Positions 15,735-31,470 of a stretch of 64,000 bases of DNA are shown here, in pieces; within the stretch, counting starts at the first letter, position 1; the number at the start of each line of letters is the position of its first letter. The DNA is from Acidobacteriota bacterium. GTDB taxonomy: Bacteria; Acidobacteriota; UBA6911; RPQK01; JAJDTT01. Made by a program: the position numbers and the translations under genes. The notes under the pieces were generated by a model. The model was not told where the DNA came from. It worked only from the letters and a program-made list of their open reading frames with translations, and searched no databases. The stretch lies in the NCBI GenBank assembly GCA_965209055.1, contig OZ242374.1, forward strand, positions 5,952,001 through 6,016,000, given 5' to 3'.

Positions 15735-17216
15735 TCACGGCAACCGCGTCGATCCCATAAGGAAGCGGTCGCACTCCCGGGCGGCTTCCCTACCCTCCCG
15801 GATGGCCCAGACCACCAGGCTCTGCCCCCGCCGGACGTCGCCGGCGGCGAAGATGCCCGGCATGGTGGTGGCATAGTCGCTGGTGTCGGCCTTGATGTTG
15901 GAACGCGGGTCCCGCTCCAATCCCAGTTGATCGGGAAGCCGGTCCTCGGGCCCCAGGAATCCCATGGCCAGCAGGACCAGTTGGGCGGGCCACACCTGCT
16001 CGGTTCCCGGGATCCGTTCGAACGACGGCCTCCCTCCGTTTCGCGACCACCGGATCCCCACGGTGTGGACCTCCTTCAGGCGTCCCGAGGCGTCGCCCTC
16101 CATCCTGACGGTCATGATGGAGAAGCGGCGGGGGTCCGCTCCGAAGAGGGCCGCGGCCTCCTCCTGCCCGTAGTCCATGCGGTAGATCCGGGGCCATTGG
16201 GGCCAGGGGTTGTCCGGCGCCCGGCTGTCGGGCGGCCGGGGAAGGATCTCGAACTGGACCAGACTGCGGCAACCGTGGCGCAGGGCGGTTCCCACGCAGT
16301 CGGTTCCCGTGTCTCCGCCCCCGATGACGATGACGTCCTTGTCGCGGGCGGAGATGTATCGCCCGTCCTCGAGATTGCTGTCCAGCAAGCTCTTGGCGTT
16401 GGCGTGCAGATAGTCCATGGCGAAGTGGACGCCGTCCAGATGGCGCCCCTCCACCGGCAGGTCCCGGGGCTTGGTGGCGCCGCAACAAAGGACGGCCGCG
16501 TCGAATTCGTCCCTCAGCCTGGAGGCCGGGAAGTTGCCGCCCACATCCATCCCGGTGAGGAAGCGGACGCCCTCCGCCGCCAGGAGCTCGACCCGGCGCC
16601 AGACCACTTCCTTGTCCAGCTTCATGGCCGGGATGCCGTAGGTCAGGAGCCCCCCGATCCGGTCCGCGCGCTCCAGGACGGTGGTCTCGTGCCCGGCCTG
16701 GTTGAGCTGGTCGGCGCAGGCCAGACCGGCTGGTCCCGACCCCACGATGGCGACCTTCTTGCCGGTCCGGCGGGAAGGCGGACGGGGGACGATCCAACCC
16801 TCCTCGAATCCGCGGTCGACGATGGAGCACTCGATGCTCTTGATGGTGACCGGCGGTTCGATGATGCCCAGGACGCACGAGCCCTCGCACGGAGCGGGAC
16901 AGACTCGTCCCGTGAACTCGGGGAAGTTGTTGGTCTTGTGGAGGCGCTCCAGGGCTTCCCGCCAGAGCCCCCGGTAGACGAGATCGTTCCACTCCGGGAT
17001 CAGGTTGTGGATGGGGCAGCCGGTGGCCATCCCGCCCATCACCTCCCCCGTGTGGCAGAAGGGGACGCCGCAATCCATGCAGCGGGCTCCCTGGCGCTCC
17101 AGAGCGGAATCGGGCAGATGCTCGTGGAACTCCCGCCAGGTTCCGACCCGCTCGCCGGGAGTCAGGACCGGAAGCGGCTCCCGCTCATATTCCATGAAGC
17201 CGGTGGGCTTACCCAT
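15735..17216 (-). CDS. gltD: Glutamate synthase small subunit
   Basis: [72 protein letters not shown]. Confidence 0.98.
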   Translation of the reverse strand: MGKPTGFMEYEREPLPVLTPGERVGTWREFHEHLPDSALERQGARCMDCGVPFCHTGEVMGGMATGCPIHNLIPEWNDLVYRGLWREALERLHKTNNFPEFTGRVCPAPCEGSCVLGIIEPPVTIKSIECSIVDRGFEEGWIVPRPPSRRTGKKVAIVGSGPAGLACADQLNQAGHETTVLERADRIGGLLTYGIPAMKLDKEVVWRRVELLAAEGVRFLTGMDVGGNFPASRLRDEFDAAVLCCGATKPRDLPVEGRHLDGVHFAMDYLHANAKSLLDSNLEDGRYISARDKDVIVIGGGDTGTDCVGTALRHGCRSLVQFEILPRPPDSRAPDNPWPQWPRIYRMDYGQEEAAALFGADPRRFSIMTVRMEGDASGRLKEVHTVGIRWSRNGGRPSFERIPGTEQVWPAQLVLLAMGFLGPEDRLPDQLGLERDPRSNIKADTSDYATTMPGIFAAGDVRRGQSLVVWAIREGREAARECDRFLMGSTRLP

Positions 17217-17261
17217 CTACTCCCCTTGTCATGCTCTCCGAATTTGCGGGCTCGACGACTG

Positions 17262-21856
<4,595 letters not shown>

Positions 21857-21860
<4 letters not shown>

Positions 21861-22855
21861 GATGTCCCCCCGGTGCGGACCCCGGCGGAACCGCTTCGGG
21901 GTGCGCGCCGCTGACCCGAGGCAGGAGGTATCTGGCCGCCTGCCGGCCTCGCGGAGCGGTCCTTGCCGTTATGGTTCCCGGAGTTTTTCAGGAGGTCCAT
22001 GAAGCGGTGGGCGGCCAGACTCAAACGGGCGTGGCGCCGAATGATGACTCCCAGGGGCCGGACCATTCCCGGCTCGACCAGAGGCACGGCGGCGAGCGTT
22101 CCCGACCGGACTTCCCGCATCAACGTGGGTTCGGGCAACAGGGCCACTCCGGCCCCCACTTCCACGGCTTCCTTGATGTTTTCGATGTTGTCGAACTCCA
22201 GCACCACGTTCACGGCGACTCCCTGCTCCCGCAGAAAACGATCGACCTCGCGCCGAATCACCAGCCCTTTCTCGAAACCGATGTAGCTCTCCTTGGCAAG
22301 GTCCCTGGGGTGAACCCGCGTCAGACTGGACAGGCGGTGACCTGGGGGACAGACCAGCACCATGGGCTCGTCCCTCCAGGGACGGGTGGTGAGCTCCCGG
22401 GTGTTCCTGGGAAACGAGACCAGTCCCAGATCCGCGGTCCCTTCCAGAACCCGCCGATAGACACGGTCCGGATGGAGGTAGTCGATGTGGACCTCCGCGT
22501 TCCGGTAGCTCCTCCGAATGCGGTCGACGTACTGCCCCATGTCCCTGAGTCCCACGGAGTAGATGGCCGCCACCTGCACCGAGACCTCCATCCGCTCCCC
22601 CTCCTGGCGAATGGATGCCTCGAGATCCGTGTACTCGCCGAGCATCTTCTTGCATCCCCGGTAGTAGACCTTGCCCAGCTCCGTGGTCTGCAGGGGGCGG
22701 GTCGACCGGTCGATCAGGTTGACACCCAGGGTCCTCTCCAACTGCAGCATGGCCTGGCTGGCGGCGGACTGTGAAAGTCCGTTGAGGCGGGCTGCCTGAG
22801 AGAAACTGCGAAGGCGGACGACGTCACAAAACAATTTCAGGCACTCGATTCGCAT
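21857..22855 (-). CDS. LysR family regulator, overlapping the gltB start
   Basis: [48 protein letters not shown]; [20 protein letters not shown]. Confidence 0.93.
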
Positions 22856-22866
22856 AGATTGAGCGT

Positions 22867-22918
22867 AGTATATACATTTCTTATACGGCGTCAACCTATT
22901 ATTAGATATTTAAATAAT
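22867..22918 (-). promoter_or_regulatory. sigma70 promoter of lysR-gltBD with an upstream palindromic operator
   Basis: Minus-strand TTGACG (22894-22889), 16 nt, TATACT (22872-22867); inverted repeat ATTATT-N9-AATAAT at 22898-22918. Confidence 0.6.
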
Positions 22919-23137
22919 GGTTGGAATCCCTTCCCGGATGCGCCGACGTTGTGGAAGGGCAACGGGAAATACGGAACACCCGTTTACCGGATGCCCTCAC
23001 GCGCGTATTATCTTGCCGGTCAACAGCGAGCCCGGCTCCGGCGCGGACCGGCTGGACCCGAACGGCCTCGTGATCCGGAACCACTACCGGCAGCGCGTGT
23101 GATTCGCAACTGCCGGCTTTTGAGAGGAGATCCGAAA

Positions 23138-24031
23138 GTGAAGCGATTTCAGGGAGTCTATCCGGCGTTGGTCACTCCCGTGGACGACCGCGGAAACATA
23201 CGGACGGGAGCCCTCCGGGACCTGATGGAGTGGCATCTGGAAGTCGGGGTCGACGGTTTCTACATCGCCGGCGGCACCGGAGAAGGCCTTTTGCTGACGC
23301 AGGATCAACGCAAGGAACTCACCAAAGAGACCGTGCGGGCCGCCGACGGAAGGGTTCCCGTCATTGTCCACGTGGGACACGTTTCCACCCGGGCGGCCGT
23401 CGATCTGGCCCGTCACGCCTCTGCCTCCGGCGCCGACGCCGTCAGCGCCATCCCGCCCATCTACTACGGCACGGACCCGGCATCCATCGTCGGGCACTAC
23501 ACGGCCATCGCTTCGGCCACGCCGCTGCCCCTCATCGTCTACCACATTCCCGCAGCCACCCATTCCCAGATGACCGTGGGCCTCATGACCGAACTGCTCC
23601 GGCTACCCACGGTCAAGGGGATCAAGTTCAGCGACTACAACCACTTCCTGATGCGGCAGATCGGCCTCCTGGGACCGGAGCTCCTGGTCTATTCCGGGAA
23701 TGACGAAGTCTTCCTGTCCGGCCTGGTCATGGGGGCCAACGGCGGGATCGGTCTGACCTACAACTTCATGCCCCAACTCTTCGTCGGAATCTACAAGGCC
23801 TTCCATGCGGGCGACCTCGCCCGGGCCCGGGAACTGCAATGGACGGCCTGCGCCATGATCGACGTCCTGCTGGGAATCAGCGGGTCCACGCTTTCCGCAG
23901 CCAAGGTGCTGCTGCGGCACCTGGGATTCGAGGTGGGAGAAGTGCGGCGGCCGATCCGTCCGCTGACCCGACAGGACACGGATCTGGTCGTGGGCCGGAT
24001 GACCGAACTGGGACTCGGCCAGCGCAGTTGA
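23138..24031 (+). CDS. DHDPS/N-acetylneuraminate lyase family aldolase (NanA-like)
   Basis: GVYPALVTP, GGTGE, IVHVG, PPIYY, YHIP, GIKFS, GGIGLTYN; GTG start after GAGGAG. Confidence 0.88.
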   Translation: MKRFQGVYPALVTPVDDRGNIRTGALRDLMEWHLEVGVDGFYIAGGTGEGLLLTQDQRKELTKETVRAADGRVPVIVHVGHVSTRAAVDLARHASASGADAVSAIPPIYYGTDPASIVGHYTAIASATPLPLIVYHIPAATHSQMTVGLMTELLRLPTVKGIKFSDYNHFLMRQIGLLGPELLVYSGNDEVFLSGLVMGANGGIGLTYNFMPQLFVGIYKAFHAGDLARARELQWTACAMIDVLLGISGSTLSAAKVLLRHLGFEVGEVRRPIRPLTRQDTDLVVGRMTELGLGQRS

Positions 24032-24077
24032 CGGCCGGCTGCGGCTTCCGCGGAATTCGACCGAATCGCGCCTTGGA

Positions 24078-25013
24078 TCAAGGCTCCTGCTGAAGCCGGT
24101 CCTCGATCTGGCTCACGCGGATCACGCCGTGGTCGGCGTCGTAGGGGAGCCCGCGGGTGGCCGCCACCCGGTCGATGAAGCTCAGCCCCAGGGGCCCCGC
24201 GTAGGTTTCGGGAGTCTTGAAAGCCGGGTCCTCCAGGGCTTCCGCCATGGAGATGAAGGAATACCCCCGGTCCTGGAGCATCTGAATCGTATCCTCGAGG
24301 AAACTGGCGGTGGCGATGGCGCAATGCAGCCAGAGGATGTGCGGGATGTTCCGGCCGAACACGGCTTGCGACTGGGCCTCGCCGTAGTCGACCGCCTCGC
24401 CCACGTGCGCCAGGTAGATGGCCTTGAGCCTCTCCCTGACAAGGTCGTCGTTCTCCACGTCGAGAAAGATCCGGTTGAACCGGCGGTCTCCCGTCTTGAT
24501 GGTGACCCGGGCAATCTCATAACTGGCCCGGTAGAGGGCCTTGGCCACCCGGTTCTTCTTCTTTTCGTTGTCCCCTTGGTGGAGGTAGGGGAACCGCAGG
24601 TAGCGGTAGTTGAACCCCCGCCGGCTCCGGCTGAGCTGCTTCAGGTACTTCTGGCCGTCGCCCACGTGTTCCAGAAACTCGTTGGCCCTCAACTGGTGAA
24701 GATCGACGTGGGCAAAGGTGTTGTTGCCCACGATGTGCCCCGCGTCCGCCCAGTCCTCCAGGATGACGAAGGTGGCCAGATCATCCTGGACGCGCTCCTC
24801 CACCACGAAGCCGGCCGCCGGAATGTCCTGCCGCTTCAAAGTGCGCAGAATCATGTTGCTGATCTCTCGCGGGCGCCAGTAACCCAAGGGTCCCAAGAAC
24901 GGGAGATCGTCGAAGGTCAGGGCGATTTTCCGGTCGGGTTCAGCGAGTCCGGGAACCGGCAGGAGGAAAAAAAGAATGAGCGGCAGACCGATTCGCCGGC
25001 CGAGTTGCTTCAT
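24078..25013 (-). CDS. Secreted polysaccharide deacetylase family protein
   Basis: Signal peptide; IALTFDDLP, GNNTFAH, LRFPYL, ILWLH. Confidence 0.87.
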   Translation of the reverse strand: MKQLGRRIGLPLILFFLLPVPGLAEPDRKIALTFDDLPFLGPLGYWRPREISNMILRTLKRQDIPAAGFVVEERVQDDLATFVILEDWADAGHIVGNNTFAHVDLHQLRANEFLEHVGDGQKYLKQLSRSRRGFNYRYLRFPYLHQGDNEKKKNRVAKALYRASYEIARVTIKTGDRRFNRIFLDVENDDLVRERLKAIYLAHVGEAVDYGEAQSQAVFGRNIPHILWLHCAIATASFLEDTIQMLQDRGYSFISMAEALEDPAFKTPETYAGPLGLSFIDRVAATRGLPYDADHGVIRVSQIEDRLQQEP

Positions 25014-25037
25014 GTTCCTCTTGCTCCAATCCGGAGG

Positions 25038-26009
25038 TCAGGAAGTCAGCAGAAGAACCTTGCCTGTAGTCTTCCTTCCCTCCAGCGCGCGATGCGCGGC
25101 CTCGGCCTCTGCCAGCGGGTAGGTCGAGCCGATGCGCACTTTCAGTTCTCCTCCAGCGTACCACTGGAACAGGTCGTCGGCGCGGCCCATCAGCTCTTCG
25201 CGGGTGAGGGCATAGTGATTCAGGCTGGGACGCGTCAGGAAGAGGGAGCCCTTCTGATTCAGAATCTGGGGATCGAAGGGGCCTATGGGCCCGCTGGACT
25301 GCCCGAAGAGGACCAGGTATCCCCTGGGGCGCAGGCAGTTCAGGCTCCGCTCGAAGGTGGTCTTGGCCACCGAATCGTAGACCACGTTCACTCCGGCCCC
25401 GCCGGTCAGCCGTTCCACCTCGATCTGGAAATCCTGCTCCGTATAGAGGATGACGTGGTCGGCGCCCGCCTCCCGGGCCAACTCCGCCTTGGCCTCGGTC
25501 GAGACCGTCCCGATGACGGAGGCCCCCAGGCGTTTGGCGATCTGCACCAGGAGCAGACCGACGCCGCCGGCGGCGGCGTGCACCAGCGCCGTGTCTCCCT
25601 CGCTCAAGGGAAAGGACCCGTGGGCCAGATAGTGGGCGGTGAGTCCCTGCACCATGAGGGTGGCCGCGACGGAAGCGTCCATATCGTCGGGCAGGAGCAC
25701 AAGCTTCGACGCGTCCACCGCCGCCCGCTGAGCATAGGAGCCCAGGGTCATGGCGTAGGCAACCCGGTCGCCGGCGCGGACCCCATCCACCCGGGAACCC
25801 ACTTCAAGCACGGTCCCGGCGCCTTCCACACCGGGCGTGAAGGGTACGGGCGCCGGATAAAGGCCGTACCGATGGTAAGTATCGATGTAGTTGACGCCGG
25901 CGACCTCGATCTCGACGAGCGCTTGGGCCGGACCGATCTGCGGTTCGGGCGTCTCCTCGTAGCGCAGGACCTCGGGGCCCCCGTTTTCGTTCACACGGAT
26001 GGCTTTCAT
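25038..26009 (-). CDS. qor: NADPH:quinone oxidoreductase (MDR family)
   Basis: MKAIRV...[48 protein letters not shown]. Confidence 0.93.
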   Translation of the reverse strand: MKAIRVNENGGPEVLRYEETPEPQIGPAQALVEIEVAGVNYIDTYHRYGLYPAPVPFTPGVEGAGTVLEVGSRVDGVRAGDRVAYAMTLGSYAQRAAVDASKLVLLPDDMDASVAATLMVQGLTAHYLAHGSFPLSEGDTALVHAAAGGVGLLLVQIAKRLGASVIGTVSTEAKAELAREAGADHVILYTEQDFQIEVERLTGGAGVNVVYDSVAKTTFERSLNCLRPRGYLVLFGQSSGPIGPFDPQILNQKGSLFLTRPSLNHYALTREELMGRADDLFQWYAGGELKVRIGSTYPLAEAEAAHRALEGRKTTGKVLLLTS

Positions 26010-26308
26010 AGGCTGATCCCAATCGACGGCCCGGATTCCCGCGTCCGAATCAAACTCCTGATCCCGCGGATCGGGCTCCAATCGTAGCCGGAGTATAGCT
26101 TCCGGAGAAAAGCGAGGGAAGACGCGGGGCGAGTCTCCCGGGGCAGGCCTCGGCGAGATTCCGGGTGGGACGGAACGGCCCCGATTTCCCAAGAACCCCC
26201 TCTCTCATACTTCTCACTCCCCATTCCGATTTCCTCATTCCTCTTTTCTCCTCTTGGTGTTATGATGCCGAAAATTAAGGTTCGTCAAGCAGTCCAGCGA
26301 CTGTTGCA

Positions 26309-26806
26309 ATGAAGGGGATGAAGATGCCGAGAGTGGCCCTGTTGGTTTTGTTGGTCATGTTTCTGACATTTCCGGTCCTGGGCCAGGACCGCGTCACCAT
26401 GTCGTCTCCGGTCATCAGGACGACGGTCGATGACATCATCCTCTCCGTCGAACTCAGCGATTTCTCGTCCGGGAATTCCTACCGGCTCGGATTCGGCGCC
26501 GCGAAGGGCCAGATCAAGGCCCGGCTGCAATTGGTCAAGGGCACGGAAGACGTGCCCATTCCGATGACGGATTTCGTCCAGGGTCACACCGATTCCTGGT
26601 GGAGCGTGCCACAGATCTCCGCCCGCGGCTGGAGCCTGAAGGGCGCCAACCTGCCCAAGGCGGGCGAGCGGCTCACCTTCCGGGTGATGATCGCCCGACC
26701 CGACGCCAAGGAAATCACCAAGGTCTACCTAATGATCTCGCGCGACTACGGTGGCGGCCTGTGGTACCTGGAAGACGGCGTGGAGATGGATCAGTCCATG
26801 TGGTGA
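26309..26806 (+). CDS. Hypothetical secreted protein
   Basis: Signal peptide (VALLVLLVMFLTFPVLG-Q); host-like codon usage. Confidence 0.7.
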   Translation: MKGMKMPRVALLVLLVMFLTFPVLGQDRVTMSSPVIRTTVDDIILSVELSDFSSGNSYRLGFGAAKGQIKARLQLVKGTEDVPIPMTDFVQGHTDSWWSVPQISARGWSLKGANLPKAGERLTFRVMIARPDAKEITKVYLMISRDYGGGLWYLEDGVEMDQSMW

Positions 26807-26869
26807 GCCGATTTCATCCCCCATCGGCCGCCCGGTCTTCGTTTCTCTTGAGTTCCTGAATTTCCATCG

Positions 26870-29437
26870 ATGCAGACCCTTCTCGACCTGATCCCCCATC
26901 TACAGGGGCGGGACGGCGAAGCGGTTCGTTTCGACGACGGCCTCCGCACCCGCATCCTCTCCTATCCCGAGTTGTGGCGCCGGATCGCCTCCTTTGCCTG
27001 GCATCTCAGGGAGCGGGGCATCCGGAAGGGAGACCGGCTCCTGCTCTGGGGAGAGAACGGACCGGAGTGGGTCGCCGTTTTCTGGGGTTGCGTCTCCCAG
27101 GGAGTCCAGGTCGTCCCGTTGGACCCCACCTCCAGTCCGGCGCTGGTGGAGCGGATCCAGGAGAAGGTCCAGGCGCGCCTGCTGGTGCACGGCCGGGGGA
27201 TCAGGCCGGAGGCCGGCGTGGAACACCTGTCGTTCCGGAACCTGGCCGCACTCGAGCCCAAGAGCGAGACGCTCCCCCGGGTCCCGCTGGAGCCGGACGA
27301 CCCGGTGGAGATCGTCTTCACCTCCGGCACCACGGGGTCGCCCAAAGGTGTCATCCATCGCCACCGGAACATCTGCGCCAACCTGACGCCCTTCGCCCGC
27401 GAGATCGCCCGCTACCGGAAGTACGCCAGGCCTTTCCAGCCCGTCCGGTTCCTGAATCTGCTTCCCCTGAGCCATATGTTCGGCCAGTCGGCCGGACTCT
27501 TCATTCCCCTCATCCTGGGGGGCGGCGTGGTGTTCATGTCCGAGCTCCATCCGGCGGCGATCCTGAACTGCATCCGCCGGCACCGGGTTTCCGTCCTGGT
27601 TTCGGTGCCCCGGGTCCTGACCACTCTGGAGCGGCGGGTCCGCAAGAGCGTCACGATTCCCCCGGGGCCGGTGAAGAGGCGTGGGCTGGCAGGGGTGGCC
27701 GTCCGCTGGTGGAAGTACCGGCGGGTGCACCGGACCTTGGGCTGGAAGTTCTGGGCCATCGTCGTGGGCGGCGCCCGGCTGGAGCTGCGGCAGGAAGAGT
27801 GGTGGGCCGAACTGGGTTTCGCGCTGCTTCAGGGGTATGGACTCACCGAGAGCAGTCCCGTGGTGGCTGTGAACCACCCGTTTCGACCCCGGCGCGGCGC
27901 CCTGGGACGCCCCCTCGCCGGACAGGAGGTCCGGTTGGCTGCGGACGGCGAGATCCTGGTCCGCGGGGAGAGCGTCGCCACCGAGTACCTGACCGCCAAG
28001 AGCGAGACTCAGGACGTCCTGGACGGCGGTTGGTTCCGAACCGGCGACGTAGGCGAACTGGACGAGACGGGAGTGCTCTATTACAAGGGCCGCAAGAAGG
28101 ATCTGATCGTGACGGCCGACGGCCTCAACGTGCATCCCCAGGACGTGGAATCGGTGCTGAACCGTCTTCCGGGCATCCGGGACAGCGTGGTCGTGCCCGG
28201 CCCCAGCCCGGTCGGCGACGTGGTCCACGCGGCTCTCATTCCGGCGGACGAAAAGCAGGACCCGGAGGAACTCGTCCGTCTCGCCAATCGACGCCTGGAA
28301 ACCCGCCAGCGCGTCAGGAGTTGGTCCATCTGGCCGGAGGCGGATTTCCCGAGAACTCCGTCCACCTGGAAGGTCCGGCGCCACCTGGTGGCCCGCCGCG
28401 TCGCACAACGGCGCGGGGCTCACCGCCGGGAGACGGTCTCCCCGGCCCGCGCGATCCTGGCGCAGATCACGGGACGCGACCCGCGTCAGATTCGCGGGGA
28501 CCAGCGTCTGGACGAGGACCTGGGACTGTCGTCCCTGGACCGGGTCGACCTTCTCTCGCGGCTGGAGGACCGCCGGGAACTGGAGATCGACGAAGAGGGA
28601 CTGGCCCGCATCGGCACGGTCCGTGAACTGGAGGCAGCACTGACCGGACCGGCGACGGGTCCGGGTTCTGTTGAGGCGCAGGAGGCGCGGAGCCCGGATG
28701 CTTCCCCTCCCCGGGACCGGCCCCAGACCGTCCTGCCCTACTGGACACGCCGGGCGCCCGTCCGCTGGGCGCGGACCGGCCTGCGGGAGGGCTTCATGGT
28801 TCCGCTCCTTCGCAACCGCCTTCCCCTCACGGTGACTGGCGCAGACCTGCTGGAGCGGGTCCGTCCCCCGGTGATCTTCGCCGCCAATCACGTCAGTCAC
28901 CTGGACACGCCGGTGATCTTGGCGGCGCTGCCCCCGTTCTGGCGGCGGCGGCTGGTCCCGGCCATGGTTCAGGAGTGGTTCCTGCCGCACTTTCGCCCCC
29001 GTGGGTTCACCTGGAGCGAGAGGTTCTCCGCCAGCCTCCAGTACGTTCTGGCGTGCGGCTGCTTCAACGCCTATCCCCTCCCCCAGAGGATGGGAGGGAT
29101 CCGGCGCAGTCTCCGCTACACGGGCGAACTCCTGGACCACGGCTACTGCCCCCTGGTCTTTCCCGAGGGCCGGCGGTCTGCCGACGGCGCCCTCGGCAGC
29201 TTTCAGCCTGGAATCGGCCTCATGGGCGTGCGGTTGGAGGTCCCGGTGGTTCCGGTCTACGTAGAGGGACTGTCCCGGGTGTTCCCGGCCGGCAGCCGGT
29301 GGCCCAGGAGAGGTCCGGTCTCGGTGGCCTTCGGCGAGCCGGCGCGGCTGAACCCGCGGCAGGGGTACTCCCAGGCGGCGGCGGAAGTGCGCCGGGCCGT
29401 GCAAGAGTTGATTCCGAAGGAAACAAGTGAGGTTTGA
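26870..29437 (+). CDS. Acyl-CoA synthetase - ACP - PlsC acyltransferase fusion
   Basis: FTSGTTGSPKG, GYGLTE, FRTGD; ACP-like DLGLSSLDR; NHVSHLD and FPEGRR. Confidence 0.92.
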   Translation: MQTLLDLIPHLQGRDGEAVRFDDGLRTRILSYPELWRRIASFAWHLRERGIRKGDRLLLWGENGPEWVAVFWGCVSQGVQVVPLDPTSSPALVERIQEKVQARLLVHGRGIRPEAGVEHLSFRNLAALEPKSETLPRVPLEPDDPVEIVFTSGTTGSPKGVIHRHRNICANLTPFAREIARYRKYARPFQPVRFLNLLPLSHMFGQSAGLFIPLILGGGVVFMSELHPAAILNCIRRHRVSVLVSVPRVLTTLERRVRKSVTIPPGPVKRRGLAGVAVRWWKYRRVHRTLGWKFWAIVVGGARLELRQEEWWAELGFALLQGYGLTESSPVVAVNHPFRPRRGALGRPLAGQEVRLAADGEILVRGESVATEYLTAKSETQDVLDGGWFRTGDVGELDETGVLYYKGRKKDLIVTADGLNVHPQDVESVLNRLPGIRDSVVVPGPSPVGDVVHAALIPADEKQDPEELVRLANRRLETRQRVRSWSIWPEADFPRTPSTWKVRRHLVARRVAQRRGAHRRETVSPARAILAQITGRDPRQIRGDQRLDEDLGLSSLDRVDLLSRLEDRRELEIDEEGLARIGTVRELEAALTGPATGPGSVEAQEARSPDASPPRDRPQTVLPYWTRRAPVRWARTGLREGFMVPLLRNRLPLTVTGADLLERVRPPVIFAANHVSHLDTPVILAALPPFWRRRLVPAMVQEWFLPHFRPRGFTWSERFSASLQYVLACGCFNAYPLPQRMGGIRRSLRYTGELLDHGYCPLVFPEGRRSADGALGSFQPGIGLMGVRLEVPVVPVYVEGLSRVFPAGSRWPRRGPVSVAFGEPARLNPRQGYSQAAAEVRRAVQELIPKETSEV

Positions 29438-29478
29438 ACCGGCGCCCCTCACATCCCTCACAAGAAAAGGATGACGAA

Positions 29479-30630
29479 ATGCCGAGAGTCCAAGAGTGTA
29501 CGCAGCGAGAGCTTCCCGAGGTCATCGGATTGGTCGACGACGCCATGCGCCAGGGCATGGACCAGACCATGCTCACCGACTACCCCCTCGTCTACCAGGA
29601 AAGCAACCATCGCAACATCCGGGTCGTCAAAGTGGACGGCCGCACCGTGAGCGTCGTGCCCTTCCTGCTTCGAACCGTCGACGTGGAAGACGTCTCGTTC
29701 AACATCGGGATCATTTCGCCGACGGCAACCGATCCGGAGCATCGCCACCGGGGCTACGGACTCGCCTGTCTCAGGAGCTGCCTCGCGAGCATGGAGGAGA
29801 TGGAGTGCGACCTCTCGGTTCTCTGGACCCGGATCGCCACCTTTCCCTTTTACGAACACGGCGCCTTCGAACCGGTCCGCTATCAGGAATGGATTTACAC
29901 CTGCACCGGCGAGGACGGCGGCCGTTTCCGCGACCACGCCGAGCAAGTCGTGCGTTATGACCCGTCTACCGGGACCCATCTGGACCGGATCCGAACCATG
30001 CACGAAGCCGAAGGATACGGCGTGCGGAGATCACGGTCCGAGTGGGAAGCGCTCCTTCGGCTCCCGCTGATGCGCACTCTCGTAGCCGTGGAGGACGGAG
30101 CCACCACCGGCTACCTGATCGTCTCCGGCGCGGGCAACAAGCCGGGACTCATTGAAGCGGGGGGCAGCAGGAAGGCCGTGGAGACCCTCTATGCGCACGC
30201 TCTCCGCCGGTTTCCGGATGGCTCACAAATCCAATCCTATGACCCCCTGACCGGGTCGACCGCAGGGCAACTGCTGGAGCGGACACTTCCCCGACGACGG
30301 CAGTTGACCACCAAGTCCATGATGATCCGCATCAACTGCCCCACGGCGTTCCTGCACAAGATCCGCCCCTGGCTGGAGCGGCGGACGGGGTCCGGGGAGG
30401 AGGAGTTCTCCATCGGGGTGACCGACGCGGCCGAGCAGATCAGCTTCCGCTCCACCAAGGAAGGCCTGCTCCTGGGACAGGATCGGCTGGAGCGGCACTA
30501 CGAACTGACGCGGCGGGAGCTGACGTCGCTGGTTTTCGGTCCCCACCCGGTCCGCGGCGAAGAGTCCACCGGGATCGAAACGAGGCTGTTCCCCTTCTAC
30601 TTTCCGCTTTGGCAACTGGACCAGAGTTGA
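29479..30630 (+). CDS. GNAT acetyltransferase (Eis-like architecture)
   Basis: TATDPEHRHRGYG, LSVLW...FYEHGAF. Confidence 0.8.
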   Translation: MPRVQECTQRELPEVIGLVDDAMRQGMDQTMLTDYPLVYQESNHRNIRVVKVDGRTVSVVPFLLRTVDVEDVSFNIGIISPTATDPEHRHRGYGLACLRSCLASMEEMECDLSVLWTRIATFPFYEHGAFEPVRYQEWIYTCTGEDGGRFRDHAEQVVRYDPSTGTHLDRIRTMHEAEGYGVRRSRSEWEALLRLPLMRTLVAVEDGATTGYLIVSGAGNKPGLIEAGGSRKAVETLYAHALRRFPDGSQIQSYDPLTGSTAGQLLERTLPRRRQLTTKSMMIRINCPTAFLHKIRPWLERRTGSGEEEFSIGVTDAAEQISFRSTKEGLLLGQDRLERHYELTRRELTSLVFGPHPVRGEESTGIETRLFPFYFPLWQLDQS

Positions 30631-30690
30631 ACGGCTCGAATCGCAGTCCGGGCCGCCGGGATGTCGATCCTGGTGAATTGGCCGAAGGAT

Positions 30691-31470
30691 TCAAGGAGAA
30701 ATGGCCCGGGCCAACCGGATGCCGATGCCGAAGGTCCCGCCGGTGGTGTACCCGAGGCGGTACGCGGAACGCAGGGACCCGGGGTCGCTGACCAGGGATC
30801 CGCCGCGCATGACGCGCAGGGAACAGTCCCCGCGCTCCCACGCCGTTCCGTCCGCCGGCGCTCCCCGGTAACTCTCGTTCCAACAGTCCTGCACCCACTC
30901 CCACACGTTCCCGTGCACGTCGTAGAGGCCCCATCCGTTCGGTCCGAACGACCCTGCCGGCGCCGTTTGCCGATCATCCCACCGGCTGCCGCAGCCCCGG
31001 CAGTTCGCCCGGTTGCGGCCGATCGCGCTCCCCCAACTGTAGGGCGTCGCCGTCCCCGCCCGCGCCGCATACTCCCACTCCGCCTCGCTGGGCAGCCGGT
31101 ACCGCCGCCCCGTCTCAGCCGACAGCCACCTCGTATACGCCACCGCATCCGCCCAGGAGACGTTGATCACCGGCCGCCGTCCCCGGCCCCAGCCCTGGTC
31201 CGCCGCGGGCGCCCGGCCGGTCGCTTCCGTGAACCGATCGTATTCTTCGAACGTCACCTCGTATCTGGACAGCTCGAACCCCTCCACCCTCACTTCATGC
31301 ACCGGATGCTCCCAGTCGACGCAGTCGCGGCCCGAGACGCATCCCATCCGGAAACTTCCGCCCGGAATCTCCACCATTTCCGGCTCGCGCGGCAGCCGTT
31401 CCCCGGCCACACCCGTCCCGGGGGACGTCAAAAGATGAAAAATGAGGGCGACGAAGATCAGTCCGGACAT
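30691..31470 (-). CDS. SUMF1/FGE-sulfatase domain protein, secreted
   Basis: PEMVEIPGGSFRMG, PVINVSWADA, YRLPSEAEWEYAARAG, WGLYDVHGNVWEW; ATG overlaps the upstream stop (TGATG). Confidence 0.92.
   Translation of the reverse strand: MSGLIFVALIFHLLTSPGTGVAGERLPREPEMVEIPGGSFRMGCVSGRDCVDWEHPVHEVRVEGFELSRYEVTFEEYDRFTEATGRAPAADQGWGRGRRPVINVSWADAVAYTRWLSAETGRRYRLPSEAEWEYAARAGTATPYSWGSAIGRNRANCRGCGSRWDDRQTAPAGSFGPNGWGLYDVHGNVWEWVQDCWNESYRGAPADGTAWERGDCSLRVMRGGSLVSDPGSLRSAYRLGYTTGGTFGIGIRLARAISP

Noticed and set aside
30691-31470. FGE-sulfatase protein as a diversity-generating retroelement target
   Set aside because: No template repeat with adenine-specific mismatches and no reverse transcriptase in the window.
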